NCBI GenBank assembly: GCA_964450885.1
Contig: CAYVFE010000001.1
Location: 502,572-566,571 of the forward strand
Direction of reading: 5' to 3'
DNA: 64,000 nucleotides
Source: an uncultured Gammaproteobacteria bacterium
GTDB lineage: Bacteria > Patescibacteriota > Microgenomatia > Levybacterales > GWA1-39-11
The notes under the pieces: generated by a model
What the model was told of the DNA's origin: nothing
Database searches by the model: none
What the model saw: the letters and a program-made list of their open reading frames with translations, nothing else
Part shown: positions 9,149 through 21,682 of the stretch, in pieces
How the letters are laid out: every line of letters starts with the position of its first letter
Position numbering within the stretch: the first letter of the stretch is position 1
Position numbers and translations under genes: made by a program

Positions 9149-11340
9149 ATAAAAAAATATCGGTAATAATAGTTCACTACAACGTTAAAAAAGAGTTATT
9201 CGATTGCATAGAGTCTATTTATAAATCTAAACCGAGAGTAGATTTTGAAATAATTGTAGTGGATAACGACGAAGTAAAAATAATCGAAAAAGATTTGAGG
9301 AAAAAATTCTCAAAAGTAATTTATATCAAGAATAAAAATAACGGTTGGGGTGGAGGAGCCAACAAGGGGGTTAAGTATGCAAAAGGAGAATATCTCTATT
9401 TCTTAAATCCAGATACGATTTTTATGAACAATGCGCTTGATGCAATATATGATTTTGTCAAAAGAAAAAAAGATATAGGAATAGCATCGTCACTTTTATT
9501 TGACGAAGAAAAAAAAGTCTATCCACTCCAAGGTACAAAACTATTGAATCCTTTGAATGCAATATTCTCGCTTTCTTTCATAAATAAGTTTTTTCCGAAC
9601 AATCCGATATCAAAAAGATTCTGGATGAGAGGGAGAAGTAAAAAAGATATTTCAGAAGTTGAATCTTCCACGCTCAGTGCAGCTCTTATAAAAAAAGAAG
9701 TCTTTATAGAGGCTGGGAAGTTTGATGAGAACTACTTTTTGTATTATGAAGAATATGATCTCAGCAAAAGATTAAAGAGAATAGGATACAAGAATTTTAT
9801 AGTTCCTAGTTCGAAGGTTATTCATATATGGGAGGCAAGCGCCATAAAAACAGGAAGAACGAAAGAATTTATGGATAATAGCCGAAAGTACTACTTCAAG
9901 AAATATTATGGTTCTATATTAGGTAATCTAATCGAACTGGTTCTCGGACTTAATAAAAAAAATCTGCTTGTGTATTTATTTTTGTTGGGAATATTTTCGA
10001 TAGGAGCATATCTGCGGCTGAGCGCCTTGGATAAATATGTGCCATTCATCGGAGACCAGGCCTGGTTTTATTTATCGGCGCGAGACTTTATATTAACAGG
10101 TGAAATCCCTCTTTTGGGGATCACTTCTAGTCACACCTGGATACACCAAGGTGCGCTATGGACTTATTTACTAACTCCCGCTCTTTTTCTCTCGAGTTAC
10201 AATCCTATTTCGGGATTTTACCTTTCATCGCTGTTGGGAATATTAACAGTAGCTGTATCCTATAAGCTCGCTAGAGATTTTTTTTCAAGAACGTTTGGAC
10301 TAATATTTGCAGCTCTTATTGCCGTATCTCCTCTTGTAGTATTCCATTCAAGGTTTGCATATCACACAACACCAATACCTTTATTCGTTATCTTGTTATT
10401 TTATTCGATGAGTAAGTGGTTAAAGGGGAGTGTTAACTATTTTCCTATTGTACTTTTTTCAATGAATGTTCTTTATAACTTAGAGCTTGCTACAGTGATA
10501 TTCTGGCCAGTTATCATAGCGTATCTGTTATATGGATTCACAAGAAAGAAAGAATATGCATTAGGTTTAGTTAGAAAAAATATAGTATTTTGGTCTTTGT
10601 TGGCTTTGGTAATTCCAATGGTGCCAGTTCTAGTTCATGACTTGAAAAGCGGATTTCCTCAAACAGTAGTCTTTGGAGGATGGTTTGGATATAAACTGCT
10701 GCAATTTGTGGGTATTATTGAGAAAAGCGCGGTTGATGAGAGCTCAATTAGACTCGCTGTTAATTTTTTTATTGAAAAGCACAATCAGCTCTTTTTTACT
10801 TTTAATCAATACATATCTTTTGGAGTGTTTTTAGTAGCCATGGTAATTTCCTTTACAGTGTCTTTAAAAAGATCTTTGTTGTCCAATTTTGGAATAGTTT
10901 TCATGCTAACTTTCATGGGACTTTTGGCATACTTTATGTCAGGCGTACCCTCAGAAGCATATTTAGTTATGCTTTTTCCCGGACTGTTATTTATCCTGGC
11001 GTTTGCTATTTACCAACTTAGAAATAGAGTTCTAATCTCCATTGTGATGATGATTATTTTTGCTACAAATATTTATTATTTAATAACAACTAATTACCTT
11101 ACTATAGATACTGTTACTTTATCAGAAAAAATTTCTGCCTCTAAGGAGATTTTGGAACTAACAAACAGTAACGAATTAAATCTGATCTACAAAGGGTCTG
11201 GTGAGGAGTTTCAAAGCAGTAGAATGCCTTATGAATATCTAGTATGGTGGAGAAGTGGAATGAATCTATCTGAGGCGGGGAGAAAAGTATTGGTTACAGA
11301 GCAGGGAGGTAATATAATTATTAGTAGAATAAATGAGTAA
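9145..11340 (+). CDS. Fusion of GT2 (WbbL/rhamnosyltransferase-like) and GT-C membrane glycosyltransferase
   Basis: SVIIVHYN, VVDN, FLNPDT, FDENYFLYYEEYDL in the N-terminal ~260 aa; then YLRL...FIGDQAW, HQGALWTYL and about 10 TMs. Confidence 0.8.
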   Translation: MNKKISVIIVHYNVKKELFDCIESIYKSKPRVDFEIIVVDNDEVKIIEKDLRKKFSKVIYIKNKNNGWGGGANKGVKYAKGEYLYFLNPDTIFMNNALDAIYDFVKRKKDIGIASSLLFDEEKKVYPLQGTKLLNPLNAIFSLSFINKFFPNNPISKRFWMRGRSKKDISEVESSTLSAALIKKEVFIEAGKFDENYFLYYEEYDLSKRLKRIGYKNFIVPSSKVIHIWEASAIKTGRTKEFMDNSRKYYFKKYYGSILGNLIELVLGLNKKNLLVYLFLLGIFSIGAYLRLSALDKYVPFIGDQAWFYLSARDFILTGEIPLLGITSSHTWIHQGALWTYLLTPALFLSSYNPISGFYLSSLLGILTVAVSYKLARDFFSRTFGLIFAALIAVSPLVVFHSRFAYHTTPIPLFVILLFYSMSKWLKGSVNYFPIVLFSMNVLYNLELATVIFWPVIIAYLLYGFTRKKEYALGLVRKNIVFWSLLALVIPMVPVLVHDLKSGFPQTVVFGGWFGYKLLQFVGIIEKSAVDESSIRLAVNFFIEKHNQLFFTFNQYISFGVFLVAMVISFTVSLKRSLLSNFGIVFMLTFMGLLAYFMSGVPSEAYLVMLFPGLLFILAFAIYQLRNRVLISIVMMIIFATNIYYLITTNYLTIDTVTLSEKISASKEILELTNSNELNLIYKGSGEEFQSSRMPYEYLVWWRSGMNLSEAGRKVLVTEQGGNIIISRINE

Positions 11341-12079
11341 GTTAACTGTCGTTATTATTACAAAAAATGAAGAATCAAATATAGATTCTTGTCTCAAGCA
11401 ATTAGTCTTTGCAGACGAAATAATATTGATTGATGATAATTCAACAGATAAAACTTTAGAGATTGCAAAAAAATATAAAGTAAAAGTTATTAGCAATAAA
11501 TTGTCTTCGTTTTCGCATCAAAGAAATTTAGCATTGGAGAGAGCATCAAATAGTTGGGTGCTATTTATTGATGCAGATGAAACAATAGATGAAAAGTTGA
11601 GAGAAGAGATTTTAGAAAGAATATCGGAAGAGACATACGATGGTTACTACATAAAACGAAAAGATATATTTTTAGGATACGAAATGAAGTATGGAGACTT
11701 AGAGGATGTACGGATTTTGCGACTTGGAAGAAAAAATAGCGGAATGTGGGAAGGAGATGTGCATGAAAAGTGGAGAATCAAGGGTAAAACATCAAATTTA
11801 AAAAATTCGCTAGGTCATCATTCTCACCAGAACCTGTTTCACTTTATAGATAAAATTAATTACTACTCGTCGATAAGAGCAAATGAATTAAAGCAAGGCA
11901 ATATAAAATCTTCTTTTCTGACGATTGCTCTTTATCCGATGTTTAAATTTGTAATACTATATTTTTCGAAAATGGGATTTAGAGATGGACTGCCGGGATT
12001 TATTCATGCACTTTTTATGAGTATGTATTCATTTTTAGTTCGTGGGAAGTTATATCTGCTATACAAGGATGAAAAGTAA
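11333..12079 (+). CDS. GT2 glycosyltransferase (beta-1,4-glucosyltransferase-like)
   Basis: VIITKNEE, DDNSTDKT, QRN, IDADE, VHE, GFRDG motifs. Confidence 0.85.
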   Translation: MSKLTVVIITKNEESNIDSCLKQLVFADEIILIDDNSTDKTLEIAKKYKVKVISNKLSSFSHQRNLALERASNSWVLFIDADETIDEKLREEILERISEETYDGYYIKRKDIFLGYEMKYGDLEDVRILRLGRKNSGMWEGDVHEKWRIKGKTSNLKNSLGHHSHQNLFHFIDKINYYSSIRANELKQGNIKSSFLTIALYPMFKFVILYFSKMGFRDGLPGFIHALFMSMYSFLVRGKLYLLYKDEK

Positions 12080-12139
12080 AGATACTCTATTTTCTATATT
12101 TGCAGCTATTTTATTTTCTCTTTATCTATTACATTTATT

Positions 12140-13705
12140 ATGCAGGGTAGATTACTGTTTTTATTTGCCACTTTAATCGGATTATTTTCATATTCTGTTT
12201 TGGTGTTGGGATTGCTGGGTTCTATAAATAAAATCTCTGTTTTGTTTGTTACCATAGTGTTTTTTGGCATAATCTTTTATTCTTTTTTTAAACATCCGGA
12301 ATCTGTAAAAAGTCTATTTGTACAAGCTAAAAAAAATCTTTTTTATTTTTCTATACTTTTTGGTCTGGCACTGATCAATTTTGTTGGAATGTTAGGTCCT
12401 GAGCTGGGATTTGATGCTCTTTGGTATCATCTTGTTATCCCCAAGTTGTATGTAGCCAGTGGTGCGATTGAATTCATCCCCAACGGTCTACTTTACTATT
12501 CTGTAATGCCAAAGCTTATTGATATTTTATATATACCCGCCTTAATGTTTTCAGACGAGACTACAGCAAAATTTATACATTTTCTATTTGGTCTTTTAGC
12601 GACCATAGGAACTTATAAAATAGCAAATTTATTTTTAGATAAAAAGCTTTCTTATCTTGCAGCTGTGATATTCTATTCAAATCTGGTTGTAGGATGGCTG
12701 TCGATAACTGCTTATATAGACCTTGGTCGAACCTTTTTCGCAACGCTTTCGATTTATTTTTTTCTTCAATACTTTAAGTTAAGAGAGCCCAAATACTTAT
12801 TTGCGTCATCGATATTAGTTGGTCTTGAAATTAGTACTAAGCTATTGGGATTTTCGACACTAATTTCCCTATTCATCGTGCTTTTGATTTTTTCAACAAA
12901 AGCAACGATAGGTGACAAAATCAAGAATGGGTTATTATTCCTTGTTATCCCCATACTAATTAACGCTATCTGGTTCATCTTTGCCTATGTAAATACAGGG
13001 AACGCTTTTTATCCTTTCTTTTCTGAAATCTATCCATCAAAAATTCTAGCTTCAAGCATTAGCCCTATCATCATGAAAGATACTCTCGATTTATTTTTAT
13101 TCTCAGCTGATCCAATATCACCTATATATTTAATTGTTACACCGCTTTTGATCTTAATGTATAAGAAAATGTCCTATGAGATTAAGATAATTTGCGCTAT
13201 TTTGGTGATAAACCTTCTAATATGGAATTTCATACCGCAAAAGAACTCAAGATTTTTTCTACCATATTTACCTTTATTTTCAGCACTTGTTGTTTGGGTT
13301 ATAAGTGTATCAAGGGAGAGAATAAAAAAGACCTTATTAGTGGTAGTTTATTTAACAATAATTGTAAATTTAGTATATCGAGGTGTAGCTAATTTTAAAT
13401 ATTTACCGGTGATTTTAGGTTTGCAAACAAAAGAAGAGTTTTTGGTTAAGTATCTAAATTTTGACTATGGAGACTATATAGATGTTGGTAGTAGCGTAAA
13501 AAAAATTGTGGGAGAAAACAGGGTTCTGGTAAAAAATATCCACAATCTGTATTATGTAGATTTCCCCTTTGACCACGAGTCGTGGGAAAGAAAAATCAAT
13601 TATAAGTACATTTTAATTAGAGGTAATCTGAACAACAAAAAAGGATATAATCTAGTATATAGCGATCCAATAACGAATACGTATCTTTATGAGTCAGATA
13701 AATAG
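12140..13705 (+). CDS. GT-C-like multi-pass membrane glycosyltransferase
   Basis: FDALWYHL..PK loop, AYID, TGNAFYPF, RFFLP; more than 10 TMs. Confidence 0.7.
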   Translation: MQGRLLFLFATLIGLFSYSVLVLGLLGSINKISVLFVTIVFFGIIFYSFFKHPESVKSLFVQAKKNLFYFSILFGLALINFVGMLGPELGFDALWYHLVIPKLYVASGAIEFIPNGLLYYSVMPKLIDILYIPALMFSDETTAKFIHFLFGLLATIGTYKIANLFLDKKLSYLAAVIFYSNLVVGWLSITAYIDLGRTFFATLSIYFFLQYFKLREPKYLFASSILVGLEISTKLLGFSTLISLFIVLLIFSTKATIGDKIKNGLLFLVIPILINAIWFIFAYVNTGNAFYPFFSEIYPSKILASSISPIIMKDTLDLFLFSADPISPIYLIVTPLLILMYKKMSYEIKIICAILVINLLIWNFIPQKNSRFFLPYLPLFSALVVWVISVSRERIKKTLLVVVYLTIIVNLVYRGVANFKYLPVILGLQTKEEFLVKYLNFDYGDYIDVGSSVKKIVGENRVLVKNIHNLYYVDFPFDHESWERKINYKYILIRGNLNNKKGYNLVYSDPITNTYLYESDK

Positions 13706-14909
13706 AACTGCTTTTATACTATACATAGCCCTGACATGTTTTTTTCCATTAGGTGTTCTTGTTCGATTTACTCCAGTTGTAAACTTCAATATTTATCCAC
13801 AGGACGTTATAGTATGTGGAATTTTTCTACTAACTCTTTTTTCTTATTTTAAGAATAAGAAAAAGCACTACAAAACGCTTTTTTACTCAATCACAATTTT
13901 TAATGTGATAGCCATCCTTTCCTTAGTTATTAACATTTTCCGGCTAGATCAAAATGAACTATTTGTTTCCTTTTCTTATTTAATAAGATTGGATGCATAT
14001 ATTTCGTTGTTGTTTATAGGTTTATTTGGTTTTAGTAAATATAGAACAAGGATTTTAGGAAAATTATTCATGATTGCATCGTGTTTATTTATTATTTTTG
14101 GTTTTGCTCAATACTTTTTTTATAATAACTTGCGGAACTTGTATTACTTAGGTTGGGACGAGCATTTGTACAGACTTTTTTCTACATTTTTAGATCCTAA
14201 TTTTGCTGGAGTTCTTTTCGTTCTTATCGCATTGGTTTTTCTGGGAAAGATATTGGATAAGAATTCCCATAGCGCGGCGAGCCTAATGGTAGATATAGCC
14301 TTGATTATAGCTTCGGTTCTTGCAATTATTCTTACCTATTCTCGAACTGCACTAATAGCGCTTTTTGCGAGCGGACTCTTTTTTCTTACAATAAGAAGAA
14401 AAATTAAACTTTTAGTTATCTCGGTAGTAGTTTTGTTGACAGTAGCATTCTTAGTATCAGATTTTTCAGTCGAAGGAATGAATCCAATAAGAATAGCCTC
14501 ATCGGAAGCAAGAATACATTCAATGAATGAGGCGGTAGATATATTTACAGACAGTCCAATTTACGGAATAGGCTTTAATGCCTATAGATATTATCAGCAA
14601 GATAAAGGATTTAGAAAGGACACGCTATCTATTTCGAGCAATGCAGATGCCGGGACAGACAACAGTTTTCTTTTCATCTTAGCAACGACCGGAATCATTG
14701 GATTTATTGCTTATTTGAATATCTGGTTCGTAGTCTTAAAAAAGATAAGCAAAAAAGGCCCTGAAAAAAGTTATGTTTCTTATGCGATAATTATTGCACT
14801 ATTTACCGGGAGTTTATTTGTGAATGCTTTGTTCTATGCTCCTATAATGTTGTGGGTATTTTTATATTTAGGAAGACAGATAGATCCGGATGACAACTAT
14901 TCTTTGTAG
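13689..14909 (+). CDS. O-antigen ligase/polymerase family (Wzy_C) membrane protein
   Basis: STFLDPNFAG, LTYSRTALIA, external loop with R and PIYGIGFNAY, DNSFLFILATTGIIG. Confidence 0.8.
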   Translation: MSQINRTAFILYIALTCFFPLGVLVRFTPVVNFNIYPQDVIVCGIFLLTLFSYFKNKKKHYKTLFYSITIFNVIAILSLVINIFRLDQNELFVSFSYLIRLDAYISLLFIGLFGFSKYRTRILGKLFMIASCLFIIFGFAQYFFYNNLRNLYYLGWDEHLYRLFSTFLDPNFAGVLFVLIALVFLGKILDKNSHSAASLMVDIALIIASVLAIILTYSRTALIALFASGLFFLTIRRKIKLLVISVVVLLTVAFLVSDFSVEGMNPIRIASSEARIHSMNEAVDIFTDSPIYGIGFNAYRYYQQDKGFRKDTLSISSNADAGTDNSFLFILATTGIIGFIAYLNIWFVVLKKISKKGPEKSYVSYAIIIALFTGSLFVNALFYAPIMLWVFLYLGRQIDPDDNYSL

Positions 14910-15628
14910 TCTACCTTGATTTCTTTTGAGGTTTTTATGCCTGCTTCGTTGGTTGCTTCTACAGTTATTGTATTTTCACCTTCGCTAAGTTCTAGCCTGT
15001 AAGAGTATTCACCCTCGCTATCAACAATCGCCCTAAAACCATTAACAGTAATAGAGTTATTAGGATCAGTCTTACCAGATACTGTAATTGTCTTATCTGC
15101 CTTAGTAAACGATGACTTGTCCGAAGGGGCACTTATCTCAAGTTCTGGCTTGTCTGAAGACCTCGTGATACTATAATCTTGGGAAAAATCACTTTCCTTA
15201 TCATCGAGAAAGTATTTTGCGTTTATGGTATTCTCGCCATTTCGAAGATCAATCCTTTTGAATTCAAAATTATTACTACCATCCAGCGATATGTCGTCTA
15301 CCTCTTTTTCGTTAACATATAATATAATTTTCCCCTCATTGTATGACGAACTGCCAGCGATATTAATTTGTGCACTTGATGTAGCGTTCTGGATTCCATT
15401 TAGGGTAGGTGCAGCAAGAAATTGCTCCTGCAGGATAGATTCGCTAGACTCTGTTTCATCTCCTCTGATACCAAATATTATGTTTCCAAATGCGCCGAGT
15501 AGGGCACCTGAAAATTGAATTAGTAGAAAAATTATAATAAGTGTTCCCAGACCAAAGAAAATAAATTGTTTCTTGCTCTGTTTTTCGGCGTATCTGGAAA
15601 GTCTAGACGATCTTATTCTTCTTGCCAT
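14897..15628 (-). CDS. Membrane-anchored protein with two Ig-like beta-sandwich domains
   Basis: Basic N-terminus, single TM, two repeats of the L.(N/E)GENTI pattern with beta-strand periodicity. Confidence 0.65.
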   Translation of the reverse strand: MARRIRSSRLSRYAEKQSKKQFIFFGLGTLIIIFLLIQFSGALLGAFGNIIFGIRGDETESSESILQEQFLAAPTLNGIQNATSSAQINIAGSSSYNEGKIILYVNEKEVDDISLDGSNNFEFKRIDLRNGENTINAKYFLDDKESDFSQDYSITRSSDKPELEISAPSDKSSFTKADKTITVSGKTDPNNSITVNGFRAIVDSEGEYSYRLELSEGENTITVEATNEAGIKTSKEIKVDYKE

Positions 15629-15631
15629 AAA

Positions 15632-16045
15632 TTACTGATACTTTTGTTTCTTCTTCATTTTATCAGCAACATGAAGCTCCATAATAGCTTTTTGGAGTTC
15701 TTTCTCTGCCATTGCGAAATCGACATCGCTTTCCCTCTTTCTCATAGTTTCCTCTGCGCGTTTTTTTGCCTCTTGGGCTCTGGCTGCCTGTATGTTCTCT
15801 GCTTTAATCAGGTGGTCAGAGAGTATAGTGACATTTCCGTCGCTCACTTCAACAAATCCGCCAACGGTCGCAATAATATTTTCTCTTGATCCCTTTCTGA
15901 TGCTTACGAGACCACTGCTCATTTTAGTGAAGAGAGAAATGTGATGGGGAAGGATAGTAATTTCTCCCTTTGGGGTTGGTAGAGAAATCTCATCAACAGT
16001 GTCCTGATAAATTGTTCCTTCAGGAGAAACTACGTTTAGATTCAT
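15632..16045 (-). CDS. atpC: F1 ATP synthase epsilon subunit
   Basis: VVSPEG, GEITILPHH, GGFVEV, C-terminal helical hairpin; last atp gene. Confidence 0.95.
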   Translation of the reverse strand: MNLNVVSPEGTIYQDTVDEISLPTPKGEITILPHHISLFTKMSSGLVSIRKGSRENIIATVGGFVEVSDGNVTILSDHLIKAENIQAARAQEAKKRAEETMRKRESDVDFAMAEKELQKAIMELHVADKMKKKQKYQ

Positions 16046-16047
16046 AG

Positions 16048-18323
<2,276 letters not shown>

Positions 18324-18326
18324 AAT

Positions 18327-19841
18327 TTATTTAAAGGTTTTTTTAAAGCTTTTTATTGCGTCATCAAGTTCTTTTTGGGTCTTATCATCGATTTTGTCAC
18401 CTTTTTTAAGCTTTTCGATAGTTTTTTTATTCTTTACCTTAAGGTAATCTATGAATTTATTCTCGAACTCTAATATTCTTTCAACTTCTACATCATCAAG
18501 TCCTCCAGATGTTGCTGCATATATAGAAACCGTTTCTGAAAGTTCGTCGAGGGGAGAGAATTGTGGTTGTTTCATGATTTCTGTAACTCGTTTTCCGCGC
18601 TCTATTTTTTTCTGAGTCTCTTCATCCAAGTCACTACCAAACTGTACAAAAGCAGCGAGGGATCTATATTGCGCAAGCTCCAGGCGGAGTGGGGCACCAA
18701 CTTGCTTCATGGCTTTTGTTTGAGCTGCGCCTCCAACACGGGAAACAGATTGACCGGCATTTATAGCAGGACGAATGCCGCTGTTAAATAGATCATTCTC
18801 GAGATAGATTTGTCCGTCAGTGATAGAAATAACGTTAGTTGGAATATACGCAGAGCTGTCGCCTGCCTGGGTTTCTATAATTGGAAGTGATGTAAGTGAT
18901 CCGCCACCTTCTGCTTCTGACATTCGTGAAGAACGCTCCAAAAGTCTTGAGTGAAGATAGAAAATATCTCCAGGATATGCCTCACGACCAGCAGGACGTC
19001 TCAAAAGAAGGGATAATTGTCTGTATGACCATGCGTGTTTTGACAAATCATCATAGACGACCAAGACGTCATGACCTTTTTCCATAAAGTATTCACCGAT
19101 TGCAGTAGCACTGAATGGAGCAAGGAATTGCAAAGCTGCGGGATCAGATGCGCTAGATGCAACAACAATCGTATAGTCCATAGCGCCTTCTTCTTCAAGC
19201 TTTCCAATGATTCGCGCAATATTGCTTCTCTTTTGACCTATGGCACAATATATACAGATAACCTGCTTTAGGCCTAAATCTTTCTTCTTCTGGTTTATGA
19301 TAGCATCTACTGCTATAGCTGTTTTACCGGTATTTCTGTCACCAATGATAAGCTCTCTTTGCCCTCTTCCGATAGGGATCATAGCATCGATTGCCTTTAT
19401 TCCTGTTTTGATGGGTGTATCTACAGGTTCACGCTCTACGATTCCGGGAGCGATTTTTTCGAGCAGATAGTCTTTGCCTTTTAGATTTAACTTTTTACCA
19501 TCGAGTGGGCTTTGAAGAGGGCTGACTACTCTTCCTATTAACTCATCAGTTCCTACAACAGATAGGATTTTCCCAGTGGATTTCACTTTGTCTCCTTCTT
19601 TTATAGAATAAGTATCCGATAAAAGGATAATCGAGGCGAAGTCTTCATCTAGGTTAAAAGCAAGACCAGTCGACTTGTCTTCGAATTCGACTATTTCCCC
19701 AAAGCCTACTCTTGAGAGTCCACTAACCTGGACAATGCCATCTCCGATTGACTCCACCTTTCCAACATTCTCGAATTTTGGATCCGAGGTTGTTGAAGTT
19801 AGTCTTTGTTCTATTTGTTTAATTAGATCTTCTGCTTTCAT
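18327..19841 (-). CDS. atpA: F1 ATP synthase alpha subunit
   Basis: GRGQRELIIGDRNTGKT, RRPAGREAYPGD, SITDGQI, SVSRVGGAAQ. Confidence 0.99.
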   Translation of the reverse strand: MKAEDLIKQIEQRLTSTTSDPKFENVGKVESIGDGIVQVSGLSRVGFGEIVEFEDKSTGLAFNLDEDFASIILLSDTYSIKEGDKVKSTGKILSVVGTDELIGRVVSPLQSPLDGKKLNLKGKDYLLEKIAPGIVEREPVDTPIKTGIKAIDAMIPIGRGQRELIIGDRNTGKTAIAVDAIINQKKKDLGLKQVICIYCAIGQKRSNIARIIGKLEEEGAMDYTIVVASSASDPAALQFLAPFSATAIGEYFMEKGHDVLVVYDDLSKHAWSYRQLSLLLRRPAGREAYPGDIFYLHSRLLERSSRMSEAEGGGSLTSLPIIETQAGDSSAYIPTNVISITDGQIYLENDLFNSGIRPAINAGQSVSRVGGAAQTKAMKQVGAPLRLELAQYRSLAAFVQFGSDLDEETQKKIERGKRVTEIMKQPQFSPLDELSETVSIYAATSGGLDDVEVERILEFENKFIDYLKVKNKKTIEKLKKGDKIDDKTQKELDDAIKSFKKTFK

Positions 19842-19842
19842 A

Positions 19843-20190
19843 CTAAATTAAATGTAATCTGTCTTCGATCATTCCGCTCATAGTATAGTTAACTGTCATA
19901 TCATTGTCTAGGATAATAATTCCCCCACCTAATTTTTCATCCTTTTCATAGCTTACCGTCTTATTTTTATACATATTTTCTATTTCCTTTTTTATCTCAT
20001 TTGTCATGTTTCCGTCGAATTTGATGATTACCGATCTTTCCATATGTGTTTTTTTAAGTCTTCTCAGGAAAATCTTTAACTCTTTCTTGTTAAATTTTTG
20101 CAATACATAATTTGCTATTTTGACATCGACTTGACCTTTTGAGTCGATTGACTCGTTTGCAAGATTTTTAATAACTTGATTACTTATCAT
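19843..20190 (-). CDS. atpH: F1 ATP synthase delta subunit, short form
   Basis: Position between atpF and atpA; C-terminal DEKLGGGIII motif of delta/OSCP. Confidence 0.8.
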   Translation of the reverse strand: MISNQVIKNLANESIDSKGQVDVKIANYVLQKFNKKELKIFLRRLKKTHMERSVIIKFDGNMTNEIKKEIENMYKNKTVSYEKDEKLGGGIIILDNDMTVNYTMSGMIEDRLHLI

Positions 20191-20687
20191 AATGCCTTAA
20201 TCTTCTTAATGCTTCTTTTTAAGATTTCTTCCTTTTCTTTGCTAGTAAACAGGTCAGTAATTACGCTTTCAAGTATTTTCTGAGAGGCTTTCGCAGCAAT
20301 ACTTGAAATCTGTTTTTCTATCGCCTCTTTCTCTAGATTCGCTTGCTCTTTAGCGTTTTTGATAATCTTTTCAGATTCAGTTCTGGATTCTAGGAGCATA
20401 TTTTCACTTATGCTTTGGGCACTCTTTTTCGATTCATTTATAATCTTTTCAGCTTCTTTTGCGGCTTTATTTATGATTTCATCCTTTTTCTCCTCAGCAG
20501 AAATCATAGCCTTTTCAGCCTTTTCTGCATTCTCTAATCCTTTCTTGATCTCATCCTCCCGTTTTTTTACTGCACCAAGTAATGGTTTGTATAAAAACTT
20601 TTTAAATAGAAAGGCAAGTATTAGAAAATTTAGAATTTGTGCTACGAAAAGCTTTAGGTCGAATCCAAATTCCGATAGTATTTCCAT
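20187..20687 (-). CDS. atpF: Fo ATP synthase subunit b
   Basis: AQILNFLIL TM, KFLYKPL, long charged coiled coil. Confidence 0.93.
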   Translation of the reverse strand: MEILSEFGFDLKLFVAQILNFLILAFLFKKFLYKPLLGAVKKREDEIKKGLENAEKAEKAMISAEEKKDEIINKAAKEAEKIINESKKSAQSISENMLLESRTESEKIIKNAKEQANLEKEAIEKQISSIAAKASQKILESVITDLFTSKEKEEILKRSIKKIKAL

Positions 20688-20694
20688 AATTACT

Positions 20695-20904
<210 letters not shown>

Positions 20905-21645
20905 TTAGTGCCCACCTCCTTCCGAGTGTGGCGTGCTCAGCACAGCCATAAATACCATAGTTAACATTGCAAAAACAAGAGCTTGGACTAATGCGATTAT
21001 TGTTTCTAACATAATAAATGGTAGGGGAGCAAGAAATGCAAATATCCCCGATATCGTTACGAGAACGACTTCTCCCGCAAAGATATTACCAAATAGTCTA
21101 AACGAAAGAGATATTATTTTAACAAATTCCAGAACAAACTCAAGAAGTCCTATAAAAAGGCTAACGGGATTTAATGATAAAAACTTTTGAAGATATCCTA
21201 CAAGCCCCACTGTTGTTATCGTAAGAAAGTGAGTAGCAAAAACAGATACGGTTCCTAAGGCAAGCGTCATATTAAAGTCGGTCGTTGCTGCCCTAAATAA
21301 GGGAACAAGTGTGTGTTCCCCATGGTGTTCTTCGAATATCCCAACTGCAGTTATTCCGGGTAGGAGTCCGAAAAGATTTGTCACGAATATTACTATGAAA
21401 AATGTCGCAAACCATGGGAATATTTTTGCAGCACGACTTCCAGCAATCTGTTCTGTTAGTCCATAGAAGTAGGTCAGTCCAGGCTCTATGAATGACTGGA
21501 TTCCTGATGGCCTGACACTTATTCTCTTTGCTATTATATAGAGTAGGAAAAGTAGGATCGCATCTACTGCGACCGTTGCTATTACTGTGTTTGTTACTGG
21601 AAAACCAGCAACTTCAGTTATTAATTCAGGTTGTAATGAAGCCAT
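20905..21645 (-). CDS. atpB: Fo ATP synthase subunit a
   Basis: NLFGLLPG, SLSFRLFGNIFAGE with the essential Arg, QALVFAMLT. Confidence 0.97.
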   Translation of the reverse strand: MASLQPELITEVAGFPVTNTVIATVAVDAILLFLLYIIAKRISVRPSGIQSFIEPGLTYFYGLTEQIAGSRAAKIFPWFATFFIVIFVTNLFGLLPGITAVGIFEEHHGEHTLVPLFRAATTDFNMTLALGTVSVFATHFLTITTVGLVGYLQKFLSLNPVSLFIGLLEFVLEFVKIISLSFRLFGNIFAGEVVLVTISGIFAFLAPLPFIMLETIIALVQALVFAMLTMVFMAVLSTPHSEGGGH

Positions 21646-21682
21646 TAAAACTATCTACCCAATTAACTAAGGGAATGAGTTT

